Shown here: positions 53,582 to 64,000 of the stretch, one piece after another | How the letters are laid out: each line of letters opens with the position of its first letter | Numbering within the stretch: the first letter of the stretch is position 1 | Source of the DNA: Proteromonas lacertae | Lineage: Eukaryota | Direction: 5' to 3' | Length of the DNA stretch: 64,000 nt | Assembly: GCA_002245135.1 (NCBI GenBank) | Contig: NGBS01000305.1 | Location: forward strand, 124,001 to 188,000 | Translations under genes and position numbers: made by a program | Notes under the pieces: model-generated | What the model was told of the DNA's origin: nothing | Databases searched by the model: none | Seen by the model: only the letters and a program-made list of their open reading frames with translations

Positions 53582-54410
53582 CTATTTAGGTGTATTGTCC
53601 TGAATTGATTTAACTAATGTATCTGGATCATTTCCTGCATTTAATTTCAAATAATAAGGAATATACTTATTCTCACTTGTAACTTCAACAAATTTAATTC
53701 CTTTTTTACCTTCTTTACTCACATTCATTCCTTTATAAATCATAAAATTCAATAATAATTGTCCAGTTAATTTAACCATTACAATTCTACTTTTACCAGT
53801 TGTTCTATAAATAGATAAATATATATATAATATAATATAATATATATACTTATGTTTTAGTATTCTAATTGTTCCTTCACCAATTGCTTCATATTTATTA
53901 TCTTTTAATTCAAACAATTTACCTATCATTTCTGATTGAATATCTTCATCTTTATAATTATCACCTAAATCTATTTTAGATGGTTCATTGTTGCTAGGAT
54001 CTGTAATTTCGGTTTTATCATCTTCCTCTTCTTTATTAGTTGAAGATGCTATTGGATTAAAACTAAACATTGATGATGTTGTATTATTATTATTATTGAA
54101 TAAAGATGGAGTAGTAACAGAAGAATTATTACCAAATAAAGATCCAGAGGCTGATGTAATTGTAGTTGTTGATTGTTGGTCTTTATTATTTCCAAATAAT
54201 GATGGCATGGGTGTAGTAGTAGTTGATAAAGTGGGTGTATTAAATAATGAATTTGTTCCTGTTGTTGTTGTTGTTGTTGTTGTTTCGGATGATTTATCTT
54301 TATTTGATACAAGTATTGGATCTTTGTTACCAAACAATGAACTATTAGGATTTGATTTACCAAATAAAGAAGTAGGAGATGATGATGATGAAATAGTTGT
54401 TTTTGTAGCT

Positions 54411-54451
<41 letters not shown>

Positions 54452-55762
54452 GCCAAATAATGAAGGAGTAGTATTTGTTGATGATTGATCTCTATTATTA
54501 CCAAATAAACTTGAAGTTGTTGATGAATCTCCAAATAATAATGATGATGAAGGATTTGCTGTTGAAGATGATGTTTCTGTTGATGTTTTATTATTATTAT
54601 TATTAAATAAAGAAAATAATGAATTTGAATTTGATTCATCTTTATTCTTTTCATTGTTATTATTCTTCTCAGGTGAATTAAAACTAAATAACAATGATGT
54701 TGATGTTGATGATGACAAATTGTTATCTTTTTGTTTCTCTTCGTGTTTAGATGGAACTCCAATCATTGGAAATCTAAACGTCTTATTATTATTATTATCA
54801 TCTTGTTGTTGTTGTTGACTTGGAAATGATACTTTTGTAACTGAATCTGTTGTTGTTTTATTGTTCAATAATGGAAATTTAAACAATGAAGATGGAGTAC
54901 TTGCAATACTACTGGCAGTATTGTTATAAACGTTATATTTATTATTAATTTTATTCATATAATTAAGGTATTCCTGTATAAAGATAGACCAATCACTACA
55001 TGGATTTTCTTTTAATTGGCTCTTTACATGTTCAGCAAATTGCATATTCAATGATGCGATTTTCTTTAATTTCTTTATAGTAATATCATCGTCAGAGGAA
55101 GTACTCTTTAATGGAGTTGTTGTAGCTGCGATAGTTGCTGGAATTGTAGTGGTAGTTGAAGAAGAAGCAATAGTTGATGATGATGAAGGAAATGGTAATG
55201 TACTTGTTGTAGTTTTAGTAAATAAATTTATGTTCATGTTCTCATTATTATTTTTACTTGGAGTAGTACTAAATAATGATTTAGTTATTGGTGGAGAACT
55301 TGTTGTAGGCTTGAATGTAAACAATGAATTTGTTGATTTAGTATTCTCAGGAGATTGGTTTGAAAATGAAAAAGATGGTCGTTTTGGAGGTTCTTCGTCT
55401 ATTTTGGCGTTTGTATCTTCTTTGCTTGATTCATCATCATTTAATGAGCCATTATCTGTATCTGAGCTATTTTGAGTGTCGCTTCCATTATCACTTTCAT
55501 TATCTTGAGTTTCTGGCTGTACCTTTTTGAGTGCAGAAAAAGAATAACTATTATCTGAATTAGCTGGATTATTTTGCATCACTTGCTGTTTAAATGACGA
55601 AGAAATCTTATAGTGCGGTCTTTTTGCAAGTGGTTCATCTGGTTCACTGTCATCAATAATATCAATGGCACTATCGCTATCTTCATCTTCAGATCCTTCA
55701 CTATTCACTCTAGCTTCATATTCTTCTCTTGATTCTTGGGCATTAGGGTTTCTACGTTTCAT
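53582..55762 (-). CDS. NUP50: Nucleoporin NUP50/Nup2-like: basic N-terminus, SLFG-type repeats, C-terminal Ran-binding domain
   Basis: MKRR..QESREEYE; helical LNMQFAEHVKSQLKENPCSDWSIFIQEYLNY; SLFG/FSF repeats; RanBD KLFEL..IGEGTIRIL..GKSRIVM..GQLLLNF; in-frame intron ~53805-53849. Confidence 0.85.
54412..54450. repeat. (AAT)n microsatellite encoding poly-Asn in NUP50
   Basis: About 13 tandem TAT/AAT units. Confidence 0.9.
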
Positions 55763-55841
55763 ATTTATTTAAAAAAATTAAAAATTAATTTTCATTAAAA
55801 GCTTGAGAGATGTTTGACTTGAAAATTTATTTTGAAAATAT

Positions 55842-56384
55842 ATGGAATTTGGACCATCTATCAATGAAATTGTATGTATATGTGAAGAATTTGATTTAAA
55901 AAAGAAAGGTATTTTCATTATATAATAAAATAGGATATTTATCGTTTGCTGAGTTTCAATTTGTTGTTATAGCTGTAATAGGAAGTAATCTATCTGATGT
56001 ATATAATCATTTTTATCAATATAGAATGAATATGAAAAAATATTGAATGGTTACAATCCTGAGGAAGTTGGTATAAATCTAAGATGTATTATTCCTTTAG
56101 TAATATCATATCTTGATGCAGCTCACCTTATCAAACCATATATAACCAATTTATCAACGACAGCTTATCTGTCCATGATATTTAAAGCATTAGATAGTGA
56201 TGATGACAATGTTATAACAAAAGAAGATGTAGAAAATTCATTTTGTGATAATTTTAATACAATCAGCAATAAAGAATTGAAATTAGCTATAGTAGACTTC
56301 TTTAAAGATCAAGATGTTGTTTCTTTTGATGATTTTAAGAAGAAACTACTTCCAATAGTTGTTAAGGATTTTATGAACAAATAA
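55842..56384 (+). CDS. Small EF-hand protein, multi-exon
   Basis: FKALDSDDDNVITKEDV EF-hand; EEFDLKKK-intron-YLS; VSFDDFKK. Confidence 0.7.
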
Positions 56385-56422
56385 TTTAACTAAATAAATA
56401 ATAGAAATAAATAAATAATAAC

Positions 56423-58443
56423 TTAATTCTTCCAAGTTGGTTTTTCTTTTGGTTTATACCTATTTTCTAGTGTTCTAGCCAGCTTCATACTCTCAGAGAT
56501 CTCTTCTATGTATTTGGGAGTAGAATTTATTTTTGGTTTAAATGTACAGTCTTTCAATTCATCAATCTGCCTTTTCATCAGTGTTTCATGTCTCATACTT
56601 TCCATTCTCTTTTCTTGACAATTGATTTTTTCTTTTAAAACATTAGGATTAGACAGTTGTAAATAACTATCAGAAGATTTTCGATTAATTTTTGGTTTGA
56701 ATGAAAAGTCTTTTTCTTCCACTTTTATTTGGTTTTTTAATCTTTCAATATTGATTTCCTTTCTTAATCCATCTTCATAACATAATTGACTTGGTGTTTT
56801 ACTTCTCATTTGCTTTGATTTATTTGTTAATTTTGGTCTATATGTTAAATTATTATAACATTCTTCTTGAAGTTTGTTTTGTTTGTTTATTCTGTTCATT
56901 TGATCTTTTTCAAGTCTTTCTTCAAATGATTTATTACTAATTTCAATATATACATTTAAAAAAATACATTTTACTGGTATATGGAGATGGTAATATCTTT
57001 GGTTTTATTGGAGTATCTTTTTTCTCATATATTTCATGTAATTTTTGTTTCTTTCTTTCTGTAATGTGTTGGAATGCTTGTTGTCTTGCTAAAAACTCTT
57101 CAAATTTGTGTTTTTTCTCAGATTTTCTTTCATTTGAATTGTATTCAATGATATTCTCTTTCTATACATAAAAATATTAATATTATTACGTCTTGATGTT
57201 TAGTCAGTATATTCATATAATCATTCAAATCAATCACTTTATTTTTATTCTCTTTACCACATGATTTTAAACTCTTTGTTTTATTATTACTTAATCTCTG
57301 AAATGGATCTTTTTTCAAATATTGTTCAGCTCTTTTCATATTAGATTTTAATGAGTTTGTTCGAGGTTTGAATGTATATTCCATATCTGAAGGAATTACA
57401 GTAACTTTGTTATTATTTGATATTCTTCTTTGTTTAGCTGATATACTACGAGATTTCTCAGTTATTTGTGGTTGAAATGTACATTCATTGTATTGTTCAT
57501 ATTCCTATTTATATATATATATTTATTATTATTATTATTATTATTTTATACTTTTTCTCTTCTTATTCTATCAATATCTTTTTGTTTTTTAGAAAATTCA
57601 TTCTATTACAATAATTAAATAAATATATTTATAAATATAATAGATATACTCTATATAATCTATCTGTAATTTCCTCTGGATCTGGTTTTGGATAATATAT
57701 AAATGGATTCTTATTTATATTTGGTTGAAAAGTGCATTCTTCCATTTCTTTTGCTTCTTTCTCCTCTTTTAGTTTATTTAATTCATATTCTTTCATTTGT
57801 TTTATATAATTGTAATCTATATCACTTAATCTTGTTGATTTTCGCTTTGTGGGTGTTTCTACAATAGTCTTATCTTTCATTTCTTTCATTTCTTTCATTC
57901 GAATGTTTATTTTCATATTTGATCTGCATTGAGGTATTGGAGATAAAGACTATACAAAAAACAGAATATCTATTATAAAATACTTCAAAATTTTGATGAT
58001 TTGTAGAAGGTGTGTATTTTGTATTATCTCTTTGCTCATATAAATTGTATTGATCATCATCTTCCTCTTCTATATTAAGCTCATTAAAAAATTGAGATTC
58101 TGTTGGAGTATTTGATTCTTGATGAGTATTTTCAATATTTGTTTGATTCTCAGCTATTAATTCTGATTCAAAAGCAACTCTATTAACAAATTACTATATC
58201 TAATAATACTTTGGTCTCTTTATTAAAAAACTATCGAATTCTTCCATCTGATTTCTAATACAGTAAATTTATAAATTCTCAGACATACACTTGATCATTC
58301 TGAATTGTTTCTAAGTTTTCATCTTCAGAACTTTCATCCAAATAGTCTAATTTATCAGGAATGTCGTAATTACTAAGATCTCTACAAAGCAATGAACATG
58401 ATATATACAGTTTTGTGGAATTTCCATCTAAATTTTCATCCAT
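56423..58443 (-). CDS. Coiled-coil protein with repeated (E/D)CTFxPxI(N/T) motifs, multi-exon
   Basis: ECTFQPNIN, ECTFQPQIT, EYTFKPRTN, NLTYRPKLT, DFSFKPKIN, DCTFKPKIN; DRLY and FQRL companion motifs. Confidence 0.7.
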
Positions 58444-60296
58444 TGATTAAAAAACAACGCAACTGTATTTGAAATTTGCAAAAAGTTTGGCTTGATATAA
58501 TTAATCTTTGAAAGATTAATATCTCATTGAATTTACATTTATATCAATCGGATTTAAGCAGTAATGTGCAATTTCATTCTAATTATATTAGCTGCATCTA
58601 ATTATGCATTATAGACTTGGTATATTGAATTAATAATGTAATGTAATGATTAGATTGATTAGATATAAAGATATAGATAGAATTAGTTGTTGTCCTGACA
58701 AGTACAATATGCCACGTAGTACAGTCTAACCCTATATAATTTAGTATATTTCACTTGTTTTGGGAGATGCTAGTAATATCAATACAAGTTTAAAAATATT
58801 AAAAATGAATTACGTATATTCTAAATGTATAGTTAACTGAAGTATATTATAGTTTCATTAAGAGAAAAAGTAATTATCATCATAGTCACTACCGTATAGA
58901 ATACTTAATATGCAATGAAGCATATACTTCATATTTTAATTCATCAAAAGATGATCTATTATCACACTTTATATTTTGAACATTCTCACCTAATAGTAAG
59001 ATATTTGATAAAAAAACTGGAGATCCTGTTTACAGTTATTATGTACAATAGCTTAGGATCAAAAATGCTCAAATCTGTTCTACGCCGTTGGGAGATAATG
59101 GGTTTAGATTACGTTGAAGTTATAAACATAACCTTAAGCCCCGCAATATTACAAATATACACTTAGTTTTTCAAATAAGTTACGTTGGCTATATATCGTA
59201 TATGTTCTGGTTAATCAGTTATATATCTAACATTGTTTGTTTATGCTTCATATTAAACATTAATAGCAATAGTAGAAAACGAAATTAAAGGTTTTAAGAT
59301 GAATAGAATATAATAATTTTAATTTCTTTATACTTAATATTGAAATTGAAAAAGTAGGCTTGAAAGAGGCTTGAACTCGATTTTTATTTTTGCATTTTTA
59401 ACTACCTTAACATCAATTTTTTCGCATCTTATTCATCTCAGCTGATGTATTTTTGTCTGTAGTAACGATTGAAACAAAAAAAAATATTGAATGAAGTAAA
59501 ATGCATTTAATATATATCAAGGAGGAAGCTTTAAAAAAATATATCGCAGATGTAGCTTATATGACAAAGTAAGATTATATTTGAATATAACTCACTACCA
59601 AACACTCCACAGCCGAATTAGTTTTTAATAAAACCCATTTATCTCCCAACGGCGTACAACAAAATCTTTAAATAACTATTCATTTATGAATTTATTATAT
59701 TTCTATAGATTTAAGAGTTTCTTACATTTTTTCGTTTTCATCAGGATTTTGTTTTACAAATATTTGTTTGCAAATGAATATTTCACTTCTTTATTTGTGG
59801 ATAACAAATATATAACAAAATATAATATTACATTCATTTATCCTACACATATACAAAATATTGTATATACTAAAGAAACTAATGGTAATGTAGTAGATGT
59901 TGTAGATGATGACGTGATTGAGTTAAACAATACACCTGTTAATTCTATTAAGCAACTAAAAACTATCATTAGAGAAGAAAAAGAATCTACAAAAACAAGA
60001 AATTAAAAAAATAGCTAGTTTGGTGGATCTTTTTTCTTTTGTATATATTTCTTTTTGTGTGCATTTCATTTAAAACAGATGGGAAAAACAAGTTTGCATA
60101 GAATTATGATTTGACTGTTAATAATGTAATTAATAAATATGTTTAAAATAAATCTTTTAACACATAATTAGCTGTAATTAATGAATTATTCCATCCTCAT
60201 ATGTTTATATTGATTATAAAAGCAAATCTGACGATTAAAATCAAAAAAAGAAAATTAAGTTTGGCTTGAGAAACTGTTTTTTAATTTATCGAAGAA

Positions 60297-63200
60297 ATGG
60301 GTACAAAGGGTTCTAAGGATGCGAAAGTAGATGTAATTGAAACTACGCCTGCGAATATCAATATTTCTCCCAGATCACCTCGATCTGTACCATAGTATTT
60401 TTATTTGGTTTAATTAATAGTGATCCAGCTAAATGGTGGACTTGGAATGCTGATGACACATGTAATTTATTAAATGCACTTAGTCTATCGCAATATGCAT
60501 CCACATTTAAAGAGAATGGTGTAGATGGCCTTGTTATATCTTCTTTAGATGGTATATATAAATAATTAATAATAGATGATTCATTAAAAAACGATCTTGG
60601 AATAACAAATGGAATTCATAGAAAGAAAATCATAAATGCCATAACAGAAATAATCCAAACTAATCCAAAACCATCATCAGCATTATCTCCAGTTTTATCT
60701 TCCAATAAAATTGCAGAATCTCGTGATGGCAATACTTTCTCCAGAACAACCACCAGCAACGCCAGTAGCAGAATTAAAACCATCAAATACCTTTAAAGAA
60801 AAACATATTACATTTAAAGAAAAAGGCCCAAAGAAAGAATCAGATTTTGGATTACAAAGAACTAAATCACTTAGATCCAAAATGAATTACAAATTATTAC
60901 ATAGGAATAGAACTGTAAGAATCTTCGTCTCATCAACTTTCAGAGATTTTGCTTTAGAAAGAGATTATCTATTTCAATTCATCTTCCCTGAGTTAGAAAA
61001 AAAGTGTGTAGAAAGGGGTGTATTTTTCATACCCGTAGATTTACGTTGGGGTTTAACTGCCGAAGAAAGTGGTAGTGGAGAAGTTGTGAGATTGTGTTTA
61101 CAGGAGATCGATGCTTGTAGACCATTCTTTTTAGGAATGTTAGGAGATAGATATGGATGGCATATGCCACCAGGTGGAAAAGATGAATTACTAGAAAAAA
61201 CAATAAAAATTGGAACTGTATAAATATATCTATATTATTATTATTATCATTTATTTATTTATAGGATTATTTCCCTTGGGTTGCAGATTATAGTGATAGA
61301 AGTGCAACTGAGTTGGAGATACGACATGCTGTATTAAATGATCCTACTTCAATGATTCATCATTATTTCTATTTTAGACATCCAAATTTCCCAGAAGTAT
61401 TACATATATATTATTATTTATTATTTATATAGTCTTTACCACCAAATGAAAGATCAATTTATTACAGTGAAACACCTCACGCAGCAAAGTTACAAAAAGC
61501 ATTGAAAAATGAAATAAAAGCAGGCAATAGATCCTTCAAGATTAATGGAGAATTATCAAACAGTGGAAGAGTTTGGAGCAAGGGTTTTACAGAACTTTTC
61601 AGAGGCAATTGATATAGAATTCCCTCCAAATACTAATGTATTTTTTATATAATAAAAATTATTAATTATTATTTCTATTAAAATAGTGTTCTGAATTAGA
61701 TAAAACAAGAGATCAACACAAATCATTTGCAGAAACAAGACTTCGTACATTTGTAGGAAAACCAGAACAATATACTTCATTAGATAATGCAATATTAAGA
61801 GAATCAAGACCAACTGTATTAACTGGAGAAAGTGGTGTAGGAAAAACAGCCTTAATAGCCAATTGGATTCAATCATTTAAACGTAAACATAATGAAGTGA
61901 TTATGAATACAGCATTATATTGGTTGTACAGCTGAAAGTATTACAATTAGTAATATAGCTTGGAGAATAATGGCTGAATGTATTGATAAATTATCAATTC
62001 AAGTATTTTTATATATTTTTATTTTTACATTTTTTCATTTAATTTCTTATTGTTTAGAATTATGAAATTCCATCAGATACAACCAAAAGAATCAATTGTT
62101 TAGGAGAATTCCTAGAAATGGCTGGTGAAAAAGCAGAAAATGAAAAGAAATACATTATCTTAGTCTTAGATGGTCTTCATCAATTAGAGAATACAGATAC
62201 TGCTACAACATTAAGTTGGTTACCACGAATATTACATCCAGGAATAAGAATATTATCATCAACATTAGAAGGACCAGCTTTAGTAGCATGGAGAGAAAGA
62301 AAGTGGAGAGAACAGAAACGTATATATTTTCAATATAATAAAAATTGTTATTATTATATAAATAGTTGAACCATTAGATCAAGAATGTCAGAAAGAGATA
62401 GTTACAGAATATTTAGGTAATTATGGTAAGAGATTATCAGATGAACAATTGAATATTGTAATAGAAAAAGATCAAACAAAGAATGCATTATTCTTACAGA
62501 CTTTATTGAATGAAATTAGGACTTTTGGTTCATTTGAATTGTTAGTTACTAAAATACAACATTATTTGGAAGCACAAAAGTATAATTATTTATAAATGAA
62601 TTATATTATTAAAAATAGTACTTATGAATTATTTGGTAAAGTATTGGAAAGATTAGAAGGTGCTTATGGTACAACATTAGTTAAAGACACAATGTGTTTG
62701 ATCTATTGTTCATATCCTATTTATTATTAATATTATTATTATATATTTTTATTATTTTCTTTAATTTCTATTTTTTTTTTTTACAAGAGAAGGAATCACT
62801 GAAGATGAATTACTTCGAATCTTACAAATCCCTCGAGCTGGTAACTTCACAGCCTTCCGATTAGCTACACAAGAACATTTATGTAATAGAAGTGCTGGTT
62901 TATTAGGTTTCTTCCACGATAGTCTGCAACAAGCTGTGAAATATCGATACTTAGAGAATCACAGTGATATTAGTTATTACCATACTGAACTAGCAGAATT
63001 CTTCTTAAAGGAAAGTCAAGATGGTCAAAGAGCTAATCGTCAATCAGTTGAATTACCATATCAACTAGAATACTGTCAAAGATGGAATGAATTATCACGT
63101 TATTTATCTAAACTATCAAGTTTTAAGATATTAAGTGGTAGTGAGAATGGTAATGATGATTTATGTCATTATTGGAGAAGGTTAATGGAAAGAGGAATTA

Positions 63201-64000
63201 GTCCAGCTTTGATGTATAAAGAAAGCTTATCAGAATATGAAATTAAAGCATCTAATACGTATAAATATATTTTTAATTATTTTATTTATATATTTAAATA
63301 GAAGTAATATAGTTCAATGGTTAATAAGTTTAGGTGACTTTTTAGAAAATTTATTACTATACAAAGATGCATTGTTGCTGTATGAAAGAGCCTTAGAAAT
63401 GATGAAAGCTAATGGAGATAATGAAACACTCGAAATCGGTAGTACTTTAAAAAGAATCGCTAATTTATACAATGCTCAAGGTGATTTAAGTAAAGCAGCT
63501 AATCTTTATAAAGAATCACAAAAAGTATTTGAATCAATCAAAGGTGAAACAGATCCTGAAGTTCAAAGAATAATTGGTAATTTAGCCAATATATTAAGAA
63601 TTCAAGGTAAATTCAGTGAAGCTTTGCCATTGTATGAAAAAGTAGTTTATATTACTGAAAAAACACTTGGTAAAAATCACATAGATGTAGCAACACATAT
63701 TAACAATGTCGCTAATATATTACGTGAGTTAGGAAGACATGAAGAAGCGTTAGAATTGTACAAAAAGTCATTAGAAATTACTGAAAAATTCAGAGGTGTA
63801 AATCATATAGATTGTGCTAGAACATTGCACAATATGGGATTGAGTAAACGTAATTTGGGACAACATCAAGAAGCCTTAGAAATGATGGAAAAAGCATTAC
63901 AAATACTTGAAAAAGGATTAGGTAAAGATCATCCAGAAGTTGGTGTTATTGTTGGGAATATTGGTATAACTTATACATTTTTAAAAGAGAATGAAAAGGC
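60297..64000 (+). CDS. SAM, DUF4062, STAND/NACHT-type NTPase and TPR protein (nephrocystin-3/TEP1-like); 3' end runs off the window
   Basis: MGTKGSK; SAM WNADDTC..FKENGVDG..DLGITNGIHRKKI; RIFVSSTFRDF..ER..VDLRWG..LGDRYG; Walker A GESGVGKT; VLDGLHQL; SWLP; ELPYQL; kinesin-light-chain-type TPRs (LGKNHIDVA..NN.A). Confidence 0.88.

Noticed and set aside
53988..55475. Long hydrophobic ORFs (poly-V/L, poly-I/H/Q) overlapping NUP50
   Set aside because: Antisense or alternate-frame shadows of trinucleotide low-complexity coding sequence
58500..58520. Perfect inverted repeat ATTAATCTTT-G-AAAGATTAAT
   Set aside because: 10-bp AT-rich arms are expected by chance in 64 kb of this composition; no element ends or target duplication seen
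1..64000. Reassigned stop codons / alternative genetic code
   Set aside because: Long ORFs are open in the standard code and TAA, TAG and TGA all end genes at expected positions; only one in-frame stop was seen, in a doubtful ORF
1..64000. tRNA, rRNA, CRISPR arrays or transposase genes
   Set aside because: None recognisable by eye; small ncRNAs cannot be excluded without a covariance-model search

Overview
Eukaryotic nuclear DNA, very AT-rich and gene-dense. About 25 protein-coding genes are interrupted by very short GT-AG introns (mostly ~25-45 nt, typically GTAT...TAG) and read in the standard code. Tiny introns, a mastigoneme-family EGF protein, SF-assemblin, IFT74, CFAP96-like and NPHP3-like genes and an organellar ribosomal protein bL35 suggest a stramenopile of the Proteromonas/Blastocystis (Opalinata) type that retains flagellar genes; this is inference only. 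Housekeeping genes include a DENN protein, PTPA, MIOS, CDPF1-like, kanadaptin, an RRM protein and NUP50. The most unusual region is 29.3-49.5 kb: three tandem paralogous genes fuse an Hsp110/Hsp70-type ATPase domain, apparently lacking the beta-sandwich substrate-binding domain, to long arrays of Tudor/SH3-like repeats. A free-standing inverted Tudor-repeat gene lies beside them, and two of the copies share a near-identical ~1 kb 5' block. Also notable are a 2647-aa intronless mastigoneme-like protein split by 11 unrecognised ~200-aa repeats and bracketed by RRL-type motifs, and a divergent H2B lacking the K120 and acidic-patch equivalents. Many single-base frameshifts sit in homopolymers and look like assembly errors. 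Gene spans are given start to stop, including introns.
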